This document shows, one piece after another, positions 1 through 10,855 of a stretch of 64,000 bases of DNA. How positions within the stretch are numbered: the first letter of the stretch is position 1; every line of letters starts with the position of its first letter. A program made the translations under genes and the position numbers. Source of the stretch: an uncultured bacterium (lineage in GTDB: Bacteria; Babelota; Babeliae; Babelales; Vermiphilaceae); assembly GCA_963702025.1 (NCBI GenBank), contig OY969699.1, positions 1-64,000 of the forward strand, read 5' to 3'. The notes under the pieces were generated by a model. The model saw only the letters and a list, made by a program, of their open reading frames with translations, made no database searches and had not been told where the DNA came from.

Positions 1-1138
1 GCGGCATATACGATAGTTTTTTAATAATCTGATCAATGGCCAGATTTGCTCTTTGTCGGCTTAAAACCGGCAATCCTTCGATTAGCCGGTCGCAGACATC
101 GAACACTTGCTCTTGATCATCAAAAGCTAGCAACATGAGTAATGCCTCAGGATTGGATTCGGCAGCTTTTTCGAGATATTTTTTTGTTGCGCGGGCACGA
201 ATAATTCGGGCACGGGAAACATCAAACTTCTCACTTTCCAATTCATTGATGCCCAAAGTCCCCATGATCATACAAGCTCGTTGTTGTAATTCGGGATAAT
301 CGGACTGGTGTGCAACACGTTCAAGCGCCTTGAGCGCGCCACTTTGCTTGAGATAAGTAAGCGCCGATTTGTTAGATCCATAGAACGCATAAAATTCAGG
401 CCGGCAAGCGATGAGCTCAGCCCAATCGGTTACCTGTTCAAGTGATTGATAGTCATTATTATCAGCATTTTTATTGATAAAATAGCAGCCGGCAGGAACA
501 GATGCCGTGGCAATAGCCTCGTTTTTTATTTGTTCCAGTTGTTCCGGATCATGCTGCGCAAGATTATCAAGCTTTTGGTGATAGAGCTGGCAAAGTTTAT
601 CAGTATGATCTTTATAGTATTGTTCAGCGGTGGCCACAAGCGTGTTATCAATTTCAAATTTATTGTTTTTTACGGTAATTGTCGGCTGCATAGTATTTTT
701 TACGGTAAACAATAATTGATGGGCAAGTAATTCTCGCTGAACGTCATCAATACAAGAATTTTCATGGACAAATTCAGGATTTGTTAATAATGAAGCATGG
801 CTAAACATACACCGTTCGTCACCAAACATTGCTCCTTTAAGCGTAAGATCAAGCGCTTGCGGATCTTTTTCAAGAATTGCTTTTTTTGCTAATTGTTGAA
901 TAGCGGGAAGATAAGGGTTATCATGATTGGTTGCCAGAGCGAGCATAGTGCTCAGTGAATCATCATCGAACATGCCATTTTGCGTTTTTGCGCATGCTTG
1001 ATCAAATAAATCTTGCTGCTGAATATCAAGCGGATACCGTTGCCGATCAATTAACCGCTGCAGCTCCTGATTGGACCGCATTGCGTAGGATGAAACAAAA
1101 GAAAGAACCAAAGATAAAGTTATCAAATAACATTGCAT
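1..1138 (-). CDS. Secreted helical-repeat (Sel1-like) protein, 3' end beyond window
   Basis: Manual translation is open from ATG 1138 to the window edge: MQCYLITLSLVLSFVSSYAMRS... with signal peptide; KKYLEKAAESNPEALLML resembles a Sel1 repeat. Absent from the ORF track because it has no stop in the window. Confidence 0.7.
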   Translation of the reverse strand, partial: MQCYLITLSLVLSFVSSYAMRSNQELQRLIDRQRYPLDIQQQDLFDQACAKTQNGMFDDDSLSTMLALATNHDNPYLPAIQQLAKKAILEKDPQALDLTLKGAMFGDERCMFSHASLLTNPEFVHENSCIDDVQRELLAHQLLFTVKNTMQPTITVKNNKFEIDNTLVATAEQYYKDHTDKLCQLYHQKLDNLAQHDPEQLEQIKNEAIATASVPAGCYFINKNADNNDYQSLEQVTDWAELIACRPEFYAFYGSNKSALTYLKQSGALKALERVAHQSDYPELQQRACMIMGTLGINELESEKFDVSRARIIRARATKKYLEKAAESNPEALLMLLAFDDQEQVFDVCDRLIEGLPVLSRQRANLAIDQIIKKLSYMP

Positions 1139-1214
1139 ACAAAAAATCCCTATTATAAAGAAATAATTGTTGCAATGGTAAGTGCAAATGAGCAAAAATG
1201 CAAGTCTTCTTAGT

Positions 1215-2342
1215 TTATTCTGCCCACCATGATGAAATTTGCTCAATCAAATGTTGCATGGTAGATTTTGCTTCTTGCGTTTTTATATGTTTTTGCAATA
1301 ATTCTTTAATTTGTTTTGCATAGGTGCAGCGCCAGCGCTCAGGGTCATTAATATGATAATATCGCTCGCAATCTTGATTAACAACAGAAACAATATATTC
1401 CCATGCACTCATATTCAAGGCAGAATCTTTTTGCAATGGATCGGCGCCGTTATCTAATAATAACTGAATAATTTTAAGATCAAGCTCCTTAGGAATGTTC
1501 CCATAAAAAGAGGTCAATTGGTCCATTATTGCAAGTACTAATGGCAATCTTCCCTTGGTTGTTGCTTCATTTACATGTGCACCATGCCGTAATAAATAAG
1601 CAACCAAATATGGACTGTGAGTATCGATTGCCCAATGCAATGGAGCAAATCCACTTTCATCTTTTGCTGTATAACTTAGAAAATTTATAGTGGAATAGTT
1701 GAATGCGGTTTTCTTATTTTTCATATCATCAAGCGTTTTGCCAAGATCCAGCAAAACATTGAAAGTATTTGTTGTATCTGCTTTGATGCCCGTAAGTTTA
1801 TCCACACGCGCTTCAATGAGCACATTTATTAATCTTTTTACAAAAGCCGATTTTTTTTCCAACGGTTGTGCCGGATCAGTTATCACTTTTTGAATAATAG
1901 AGTCTAATAATGCTATAATTTTTTCATTGGTTCTAAAATTGTCAATCAACCAAACATAGTTAACAAGCACTTCAAGGTGTCTCTTTTGCAACAAACTCAA
2001 ATCGGGATCTTGTTCAAGCAAAAAAGTAATGATCTTTAATTCTTTTATCTCTTTTTGTTTAACGTAATCTCGAGTGGCGCTGTCCAAATCTTCAAGGGCC
2101 ATTGTTAAAGCTGTTTGCGTACCACCTTCAAAAAGGGTATTAATATCTACCAATCTGTTGCCCTGCGCATCTGGCGTCAGCAACCGAGTTATTTCCGGAA
2201 GATCGGCCCGTTCAATAGCAATATATAACTTGGCAGCATCATCTTCCATCAGGGCAACTACCGGTTGCTCCGGTGGCATTTCCATACTGATAGAATTTGC
2301 CGCATTTATTATAAGCAGCACCAAAAATAATCTTTTAGCCAT
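1215..2342 (-). CDS. Secreted ankyrin-repeat protein
   Basis: GFAPLHWA, GRLPLVLA, LLLDNGADP ankyrin motifs; signal peptide MAKRLFLVLLIINAANSISME. Confidence 0.85.
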   Translation of the reverse strand: MAKRLFLVLLIINAANSISMEMPPEQPVVALMEDDAAKLYIAIERADLPEITRLLTPDAQGNRLVDINTLFEGGTQTALTMALEDLDSATRDYVKQKEIKELKIITFLLEQDPDLSLLQKRHLEVLVNYVWLIDNFRTNEKIIALLDSIIQKVITDPAQPLEKKSAFVKRLINVLIEARVDKLTGIKADTTNTFNVLLDLGKTLDDMKNKKTAFNYSTINFLSYTAKDESGFAPLHWAIDTHSPYLVAYLLRHGAHVNEATTKGRLPLVLAIMDQLTSFYGNIPKELDLKIIQLLLDNGADPLQKDSALNMSAWEYIVSVVNQDCERYYHINDPERWRCTYAKQIKELLQKHIKTQEAKSTMQHLIEQISSWWAE

Positions 2343-2349
2343 AATCTTC

Positions 2350-2559
2350 CTAGGTCTTTGCACAAAGATCGCATACCGTCATACAATCATCTTTACATTC
2401 ATCACAGCAACCGGTTGTTACCTGATTACAATTTCCCGCTCCAGATTTTTTAGCAATCACGCATTCCGACATACACCGGTCTTTACAATGCGGGCATGCC
2501 GTTGCACACACTTCGGTGCAATTTACTTTGGCTATTTCGCCTTCATTTTTCTTTGCCAT
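2350..2559 (-). CDS. Small Cys-rich protein (metallothionein or Csp-like CxxxC/CxxC pattern)
   Basis: 69 aa with two runs of Cys at 3-4 residue spacing; AAGGAG RBS upstream. Confidence 0.7.
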   Translation of the reverse strand: MAKKNEGEIAKVNCTEVCATACPHCKDRCMSECVIAKKSGAGNCNQVTTGCCDECKDDCMTVCDLCAKT

Positions 2560-2681
2560 GATTTTTCTCCTTAATTAATTTAAAAAGAGGGTAAGAAACT
2601 CAACGAAGAAAAGGGAGATTGCGCAATACAATCGCTTTACATTCAAAACCTCTTACCCAACTTAAAGAATGTACTGTTTAA

Positions 2682-2918
2682 TTATTCACAGTTACATTTA
2701 GCTTTTGGGCCATTATGAGCAGCACACCAGCCATGCTTTTTTTGTTCGCCTTGACCTTGTTGCGCTTGACCTTGTTTTTGTTGGCCATGCTTTGGATCTT
2801 GTTGTTGGCCCTGTTTTGGATTTTGACCTTGTTGTTGGCCATGCTTTTCTTGTTTGTTCGGGTTATTTTGATGACCAGCATTTTTTGGGTTATTTGGGTT
2901 ATTATTGTTACCGTTCAT
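2682..2918 (-). CDS. Q/N/G-rich low-complexity small protein with C-terminal C-x2-H...CxC motif
   Basis: KHGQQ repeats; ends WCAAHNGPKAKCNCE; AAGGA RBS. Confidence 0.65.
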   Translation of the reverse strand: MNGNNNNPNNPKNAGHQNNPNKQEKHGQQQGQNPKQGQQQDPKHGQQKQGQAQQGQGEQKKHGWCAAHNGPKAKCNCE

Positions 2919-3146
2919 GACAATCCTTTTTGTTTTGTCTGTGGGTTACTACAATACAAAGGCTGGAATCCCACTGATTCCATCCTACTTCTATACTAAA
3001 TTATTCTGTTTCTAATTGTCAATAATATTAGAAAATGCCTTATTTATGGCATTTTCCATACAAAACTCTTTATTTTTTATAGGGCAATGCGTTAGGCTAT
3101 AACTATAGAGAATAGATGTTCAACCCCCCAAAAAAAGGAGAAAATC

Positions 3147-3329
3147 ATGGCTAAATATGGCAAAGAAGCACAAATAAAAGTAGAAAGAGCAATGCATGAG
3201 ATGAAACGTGGCGAATTGGAAAGTGGCAAATCGCATAAAGCAGTAACCAGCAGAAAACAAGCAATTGCTATCGGATTATCAGAAGCTCGTAAAGAAGGCG
3301 CTAAAGTGCCCCAAAAAGCTAAAAAATAG
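3147..3329 (+). CDS. DUF6496-like small basic protein
   Basis: KVERAMHEMKRGELESGKS..VTSRKQAIAIGLSEARKEG signature; AAGGAG RBS. Confidence 0.8.
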   Translation: MAKYGKEAQIKVERAMHEMKRGELESGKSHKAVTSRKQAIAIGLSEARKEGAKVPQKAKK

Positions 3330-3345
3330 ATATTTTTTGGTAAAG

Positions 3346-3388
3346 TTTAAAGAAGTGCGCTCGTTGTGCACTTCTTTAAATAAAAAAA
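3346..3388. terminator. Intrinsic terminator hairpin
   Basis: tttaaagaagtgcgc-tcgtt-gtgcacttctttaaa inverted repeat. Confidence 0.6.
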
Positions 3389-3396
3389 GGAAAAAA

Positions 3397-3936
3397 ATGA
3401 AAAAATTATTAATACCGCTGTATGTTGCGGCAGCATTATTTCCTTTGAAATTTGTATCAATGGAAAAACCCAAAAAAGTGCACCGATATACGCAAGAATT
3501 AGGAATGCCAATCAAGGAAGAAAAAATCGATTGTAGGGCAAAACTAACTATAAAAAATGAAACCGGCCATACTTGCTTGGTTTTAATTGGTTCTACTGTA
3601 TTTACACTTCCTGCAGGCATAATTGGAGAATTAGGAATCTCGGAAAATCTTTCATTTTACAAAACAACCGCTAATTTGGCATACGCAGAGGCAAAGGTGA
3701 AATATAAACATAGCCAGAAGCCTGACCTGATTTTGAAAATATTTAGAGATGCAACTGAAACACCTATTTATCGAACAGAATTTTCAACGTTCCCCTTTGG
3801 AGAAGAGAAAAATACTCACGCCAAAGAAGTGGAAACTGAGGGCAGCATTGACGTTACAATTATTTTAAGAGGATCAGTGATGCAGGATTCAGTGGTTACG
3901 GCAAATGGGGATAACACTAAATGTACGATTCAATAA
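3397..3936 (+). CDS. Secreted hypothetical protein
   Basis: MKKLLIPLYVAAALFPLKFVSMEK signal peptide; AAGGA RBS. Confidence 0.7.
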   Translation: MKKLLIPLYVAAALFPLKFVSMEKPKKVHRYTQELGMPIKEEKIDCRAKLTIKNETGHTCLVLIGSTVFTLPAGIIGELGISENLSFYKTTANLAYAEAKVKYKHSQKPDLILKIFRDATETPIYRTEFSTFPFGEEKNTHAKEVETEGSIDVTIILRGSVMQDSVVTANGDNTKCTIQ

Positions 3937-3961
3937 AGTGATCTTAATTAATAGAAGATAG

Positions 3962-3997
3962 AAGAGGGACCCAACCAAATGAGTCCCTCTTTTTTTT
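3962..3997. terminator. Bidirectional terminator
   Basis: aagagggac...gtccctctt followed by T-run, between convergent ORFs. Confidence 0.75.
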
Positions 3998-3999
3998 AT

Positions 4000-4041
4000 T
4001 TACTTACACTTACAATCTTTTTTGCCACATTTTTTACACAT
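4000..4041 (-). CDS. 13-aa Cys/Lys mini-peptide MCKKCGKKDCKCK
   Basis: ATG 4041 to TAA 4000; AAGGAG 5 nt upstream; terminator immediately downstream. Confidence 0.6.
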   Translation of the reverse strand: MCKKCGKKDCKCK

Positions 4042-4207
4042 AAAAACTCCTTAATTTTAAAAATTTAATTTAATAGTACCAAGAAAAGGTTAAAAAAAAG
4101 CTGGCTTATTTTTCAAGAGTTTTCAATATGCCTTCGCGTGACTGCATATATTCTTTTTTAAGTGAAAAACCCCAATTAACAGCACCTTTTACAAAATCAT
4201 CAAACTC

Positions 4208-4236
4208 TTGCTTCTAACCCCCCCCCATGCTATATT
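4208..4236 (+). promoter_or_regulatory. Sigma70-type promoter with a C9 tract in the spacer
   Basis: TTGCTT - 17 bp (C9 at 4218-4226) - TATATT, with TG extended -10. Confidence 0.55.
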
Positions 4237-4298
4237 ACAAATAGAAATAGTCTAATAGTTAGACTATAATAATAAGCGATTTTCAAAAAGGAGAAATC

Positions 4299-4763
4299 AT
4301 GAAGAATAATACAAAATTTTTATTAGTCTTGCTTACTGTTTTTGCAGTTGCCCCAATGGCATATTCTATGGAAAAAATAAAGGGAATATTCAAAAGTGAA
4401 AAAGAAAAGAGCCAGGAAAAAGAAGCAAAACTCTATGCCAAAAGACCTCATGCTTCAGAAGAAGTCTATAGGTTTATTGACGGGTCTGCTTGGTATGAAC
4501 GTGGCGCAAATCCTAAAATTAGGTTAAATGACAACTCTACATCTTTTGAAGTCTTAGGGCTTCCTACAAGTGCTACTACAAAACAAATAGAAGAACGATA
4601 TGAACAACTTATCGATTATACATTTAAATTAGGTAGTAATAAAAATAGTTACGAAAGCGAAGAATTAAGACTAGAATATGAATATCTTATCGGCTGGGCC
4701 GCATATCAGGCTAAAAAAGAAGCTGTTGCAATGCAGCTTCGCTCAGCAATACGTCATAAGTAA
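4299..4763 (+). CDS. Secreted protein with degenerate DnaJ-like J domain (no HPD)
   Basis: SFEVLGLPTSATTKQIEERYEQL resembles J-domain helices I-II; signal peptide ending AYS-ME. Confidence 0.65.
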   Translation: MKNNTKFLLVLLTVFAVAPMAYSMEKIKGIFKSEKEKSQEKEAKLYAKRPHASEEVYRFIDGSAWYERGANPKIRLNDNSTSFEVLGLPTSATTKQIEERYEQLIDYTFKLGSNKNSYESEELRLEYEYLIGWAAYQAKKEAVAMQLRSAIRHK

Positions 4764-4771
4764 TTTGATCC

Positions 4772-4802
4772 AAAAAAGGCTCGCCTTTTGTGCGAGCCTT
4801 TT
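4772..4802. terminator. Bidirectional terminator
   Basis: aaaaggctcgc-cttttgt-gcgagcctttt. Confidence 0.75.
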
Positions 4803-5188
4803 CAAATTTCGTTAATTTTATTCTTAACGAATGTTAAAATTTTTTCTGCTTTTTGAATACAAATAAACGCTGTATCCATGCCGGGCACCGAATATCCAGT
4901 ATCTGGATATTGAGTTGCATAATAATACGGGTTAATATACTGCACGTCTTCTCTCAACTGTTCAAAATTAGTATCAAATTTCTTGCATTGCGTTAATAAA
5001 TGTTCAAGATTATGATTACCCGTATTAACTTTAACTTGCTTTGATAACAAGTATGCCTTTAAAGCTTTTTCAGCAGATTGTTGAAAATAATGAAAAATAG
5101 GAGCAAGCGGAGCATTGTTTTGTAAAAAAAATTTACTCAGTTGCAAATCTTTGTCAGCAAACTTTATCCAATCAGTGGGTGTCGACAT
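4802..5188 (-). CDS. HEPN domain protein (stand-alone)
   Basis: W..FADKDL, QQSAEKALKAYLL, HNL..L and Y..TQYP motifs. Confidence 0.8.
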   Translation of the reverse strand: MSTPTDWIKFADKDLQLSKFFLQNNAPLAPIFHYFQQSAEKALKAYLLSKQVKVNTGNHNLEHLLTQCKKFDTNFEQLREDVQYINPYYYATQYPDTGYSVPGMDTAFICIQKAEKILTFVKNKINEI

Positions 5189-5286
5189 AAAAGGCGCCTT
5201 CTCATAGTTCTTATTCCCGAAACTTTTTATTCTGATATGATTCCTCCAAGAAAAGGATACACGTTATCGTTATCATGGTGATTTGC

Positions 5287-5835
5287 ATGTATAAAAAATA
5301 TTTTTTTTTGATTTCGGGGCTCATACCAATTTCTTTAGCCGGAATGCTTGAAGCGCCGCCCGCTGAGGATCTTTTTGAGCAGTTGGACATGATGCCGTAC
5401 AGTTCTTTAAACCTTGCAGCAGCTTATGAAGAAATGGGGTTACCTCCCCCGGATATCATGAAAATCAAATCTGAACCCAATGATAATGGTTTTAATTACG
5501 AGAAAGAAACGCACAAGAAAATAGGAAAAAAACAACTAGATAAAATCTATTTATGCTCGGCACCGGAGTGCCTAAAAATATTCAAAACACCTAAAGAACG
5601 AGCAAATCATTTTGCTCGTTGGCATTGCAAAGAAAAACCATTTATATGCAACTATGGAAACTGCTCAAAAAAATACTCAACCAAATCTTCTTTAAATCTT
5701 CATAACATGCGAATTCACGGCGAAAAAAAATTTCACTGTCTCACTCTTTTATGCGCGGCAAAATATGCGGTCCGAGGTGATTTAACGCAACATATCAAGC
5801 GCAAGCATAAAATAAAAACCCCATCGCGAGTTTAA
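5287..5835 (+). CDS. Secreted protein with three tandem eukaryote-type C2H2 zinc fingers
   Basis: Three C-x4-C-x12-H-x4-H fingers with KEKPF/GEKKF linkers; N-terminal hydrophobic leader. Confidence 0.85.
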   Translation: MYKKYFFLISGLIPISLAGMLEAPPAEDLFEQLDMMPYSSLNLAAAYEEMGLPPPDIMKIKSEPNDNGFNYEKETHKKIGKKQLDKIYLCSAPECLKIFKTPKERANHFARWHCKEKPFICNYGNCSKKYSTKSSLNLHNMRIHGEKKFHCLTLLCAAKYAVRGDLTQHIKRKHKIKTPSRV

Positions 5836-5870
5836 CGATGGGGCAATCAAAAATATACTTAGTTAAAATG

Positions 5871-7833
<1,963 letters not shown>

Positions 7834-7971
7834 TTTGCACACCTTTCATTTGACCATATTAGAGTAATAATTACTTACTTTTTTTTGGATACACTAAATT
7901 AGTATAGAAAAAAATCTTAAAAAAACAATCATTTTATTTGATAGAAACTGACTCAGATTTTATATCAGTTT

Positions 7972-8451
7972 TTAGCAACAGCCACCAATATTATCCTGTG
8001 ATTTACAGCATAATTCATTATCGGGATTTTCTGGTAATTCGCACTCGGTTTGCGAGCAACAAGAGCCGCCATTTTCCATTTTCTCAGCCAAATCACGTAT
8101 TTTTTCCGGGGTTGGTTGATACAAATCTATAATGTTTCCCGAAGGATCCTGAATGCTTGCCATGATGCCATGGGCAGCCTCGGTAGGCTTGTCTAAAAAG
8201 TTAAGGGTTTCTTTTTGGGCCTCATAAAAAGCCTCCAAATCACCCACTTCAAATACAATCCCCGTTCTATTTAATTGAATCTTTTCTTCCGTTGGGCAAA
8301 GACCTATTTGCAGATCATTAATCTTGAATTCTGCCCAGCGATTTTCTAGATGGAATACCAATGTTAAACCAAGTTTTTTATAAAAATCGACTGCTGCTGG
8401 CAGATCATTTTCCATAACAATAACCATAGCAATTTTTTTGACAGCATGCAT
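7972..8451 (-). CDS. VOC/glyoxalase family protein with Cys-rich tail
   Basis: DLPAAVDFYKKLG...IQDPSGNIIDL; tail SCC..C..LCC..GGCC. Confidence 0.8.
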   Translation of the reverse strand: MHAVKKIAMVIVMENDLPAAVDFYKKLGLTLVFHLENRWAEFKINDLQIGLCPTEEKIQLNRTGIVFEVGDLEAFYEAQKETLNFLDKPTEAAHGIMASIQDPSGNIIDLYQPTPEKIRDLAEKMENGGSCCSQTECELPENPDNELCCKSQDNIGGCC

Positions 8452-8583
8452 AAAATATAAACCCCTAGAAATGTGTGTGGAACTACTTTTAATTGTAACA
8501 GCTTTGCTAAAAGCAACAAGCAGAGAAATGGCTAGGAATGTCAGGTCATATCTTGCTAGGGTTAAGATAGCGATATTAAGATC

Positions 8584-8645
8584 CTTCGACGAGCTCAGGA
8601 CGAACGGGGCGCGTGGAAAATCCGTTCGTGCTGAGCCTGTCGAAG
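8584..8645. repeat. GC-rich REP-like palindromic element
   Basis: cttcgacgagctcaggacgaacgg...ccgttcgtgctgagcctgtcgaag; half copy at 51566-51591. Confidence 0.8.
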
Positions 8646-8686
8646 CATGCGAGCGACAAAATCTTAACCCCTGAAGGAGTAAAAAA

Positions 8687-9340
8687 ATGGCCCAAATTTA
8701 TCCCTCACTGCTAGCTGCCAAGCAAGAACACCTAGAAACCCTTGTAAAACAGCTCGAGCCCTATTGCCCCGGTTTTCATATCGATATTATTGATAATGTG
8801 TTTGCCCCCAATACCGGCATTAGTATCGAAAAAACGAATGCAATCGCTCAAAAAACCTATCGCCAATTATGGGTTCATCTCATGGTTGAGGACCCGGAAT
8901 CTTACCTTGAAAAATTACACTTAAAACCGGATAGCATCCTAACATTTCACATAGAATCAAAAAAAGATACTAAGAAGATGATAAATAAAATAATAGAAAA
9001 AAAATTAATTCCCGGCATCGCAATAAATCCAAAAACGGGCATAGACGAAGTTTTTCCATTTTTAGCATTAATTGACCAAGTACTTATCATGTCGGTGAAT
9101 CCCGGCTTTTCCGGCCAGCCATTTTTAGAAGATACGCTCGCCAAGGTGGGCCCTCTTTTAGGATATCGTGACACTAAAAATCTTAATTTCAAAATTGCCA
9201 TGGATGGTGGCCTCAATGAAAAAAATCTTAAAATGGTAACCCAAAAAGGGATCGATGTTCTTGGCATGGGGTCAGCCATCTTTGACGCAAAAGTAGGCCC
9301 GGTGAAGGCCTACCAATTGCTTTCAGAAATTGTGGAGTAA
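8687..9340 (+). CDS. rpe: Ribulose-phosphate 3-epimerase
   Basis: HIDIIDNVFAPN, VHLMV, MSVNPGFSGQPF and DGG motifs. Confidence 0.93.
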   Translation: MAQIYPSLLAAKQEHLETLVKQLEPYCPGFHIDIIDNVFAPNTGISIEKTNAIAQKTYRQLWVHLMVEDPESYLEKLHLKPDSILTFHIESKKDTKKMINKIIEKKLIPGIAINPKTGIDEVFPFLALIDQVLIMSVNPGFSGQPFLEDTLAKVGPLLGYRDTKNLNFKIAMDGGLNEKNLKMVTQKGIDVLGMGSAIFDAKVGPVKAYQLLSEIVE

Positions 9341-9349
9341 GATTTATTT

Positions 9350-9721
9350 TTAACCGTAAGTTGCCGGCCGGGATCTTTGCTTTGGAGCAAAAGCTGGCAT
9401 TGTAGAATCATTTTTTTGCTTGGCAACTAAAACGGCCGAAACTCCTATTATTGTTCCGGCAGCAAGTCCAAATTTTCCTGGATGTCTTTGCACAAGAGCA
9501 TATGCTGCCGATGCACTGTTTTTTAAAGCATTTTTTATATCTTGAGCAGTCAGATTGCTTACACTGCAAGAAAGACGCCCTAATCCAAAGCCGAGTGCAG
9601 CGGTAGTTGCTATTGAAATATAAGGATGTTCTGCAACCAATTCTTCAAAACTACGCTGCATCGCAGTTGAGTGCAAGCTCAATATAATTAAGAATAAACT
9701 TAATGTACTTACTATTTTCAT
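9350..9721 (-). CDS. Small secreted membrane-anchored protein, paralog 1
   Basis: Signal + AMQRSFEE..HPY + Gly/Ala hydrophobic segments. Confidence 0.75.
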   Translation of the reverse strand: MKIVSTLSLFLIILSLHSTAMQRSFEELVAEHPYISIATTAALGFGLGRLSCSVSNLTAQDIKNALKNSASAAYALVQRHPGKFGLAAGTIIGVSAVLVAKQKNDSTMPAFAPKQRSRPATYG

Positions 9722-9761
9722 AATATTTCTTTCAAGTATTTTAAAAATTTTTTTATAAATA

Positions 9762-10016
9762 TTATCCGTCAGAAGGCGGATTTGGTCGTTGAAAAGGAAA
9801 AAATCTTGGCATTGGTGAACTATAAGTAAACTTACTTGCTTTCTTTTTTGAAAGCAGCGTTAACAATTTACTGATACCTAACCCGCCTGTTGTCGCAGTT
9901 ACTATTGTAACATAAGGATGACGCGCAACGAATTCTTCAAAACCACGCTGCATTGCATTCGATCGAATGCTCAGTGTGAGTAATGATAGTAAAGTTATTG
10001 TGCTTAGTATTTTCAT
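9762..10016 (-). CDS. Small secreted membrane-anchored protein, paralog 2
   Basis: SNAMQRGFEEFVARHPY; N-terminus shared with neighbours. Confidence 0.7.
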   Translation of the reverse strand: MKILSTITLLSLLTLSIRSNAMQRGFEEFVARHPYVTIVTATTGGLGISKLLTLLSKKKASKFTYSSPMPRFFPFQRPNPPSDG

Positions 10017-10051
10017 AAATATTTCTCTAAAATAATTGAATATTTTTTAGG

Positions 10052-10453
10052 TTAACCTGCGTTTTGTGTTTCCCATCTTCTCAGTGGTGCTGATCGCGGC
10101 ATTGGTAAAATGTATGAATTTTCTTGAGAAACTATTTTATTGGTAACCATAACTCCTAATGCGCCAAGTAATGTTCCGACAAAAATTCCTGCGATGCCTC
10201 GATTGCTCTGTATCACCGAATGCGCTGCATGTGCGCTTTTACCAATAATATTTTTAATGTCACTAGCAGTTGGCACGATTCCATTTTGATAACAATATAA
10301 TGCCGTTGCGCCGGCAGCTGCTCCGGAAGTTGCTGCGGTGAGTGTTGCAAGGTAAGGTTGACGCTGAACTATTTTTTCAAAACCACGTTGCATTGCATTC
10401 GATTGCATGGTCAGCGTGAGTAAAATCAAACTTATTGTGGAAAATATTTTCAT
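10052..10453 (-). CDS. Small secreted membrane-anchored protein, paralog 3
   Basis: SNAMQRGFEKIVQRQPY. Confidence 0.75.
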   Translation of the reverse strand: MKIFSTISLILLTLTMQSNAMQRGFEKIVQRQPYLATLTAATSGAAAGATALYCYQNGIVPTASDIKNIIGKSAHAAHSVIQSNRGIAGIFVGTLLGALGVMVTNKIVSQENSYILPMPRSAPLRRWETQNAG

Positions 10454-10489
10454 AGTGATTCCTTGACGTTATAATATTTTGCAAAATCG

Positions 10490-10816
10490 TTAAATTAATT
10501 CATATTTTCGAGCATCGAGCTTTCTGCCAACAATAAATAATCCAGCACCAATTAACGTTGTGGGAAGTGACACTCTAAGCACCGCGTCCCTCAATTGTTT
10601 CATCAGAAAATATTCTTTATGCGTAGTGTCTCCAAGAGTGTATGACGCCAAGCCGGCCCACAATAATCCCATGCTGCCAAGAGTTGCACCGAGAATTCCT
10701 GAACACATCAACGAATCGCTGGCAAGTTGCTTTTTGCCTGAATGTTTTGAATCTGCGCAAATCGGTAATGCGAAAAAAGAAACGACACACAGCAGTAATA
10801 CTAATTTAATATTCAT
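10490..10816 (-). CDS. Hypothetical membrane protein
   Basis: Signal peptide plus two hydrophobic segments. Confidence 0.65.
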   Translation of the reverse strand: MNIKLVLLLCVVSFFALPICADSKHSGKKQLASDSLMCSGILGATLGSMGLLWAGLASYTLGDTTHKEYFLMKQLRDAVLRVSLPTTLIGAGLFIVGRKLDARKYELI

Positions 10817-10855
10817 CGATGTTTCCTATTATAAATTTTTTGTTGCTAACTTTTT

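Noticed and set aside
446..1158. Plus-strand ORFs 446-715 and 955-1158
   Set aside because: Overlap the long minus-strand CDS 1-1138
2705..2999. Hydrophobic Leu-rich plus-strand ORFs
   Set aside because: Reverse complement of the Q/N repeats
8438..8674. 78-aa ORF
   Set aside because: Read-through of a palindromic repeat (SFDELRTNG, VRAEPVEA)
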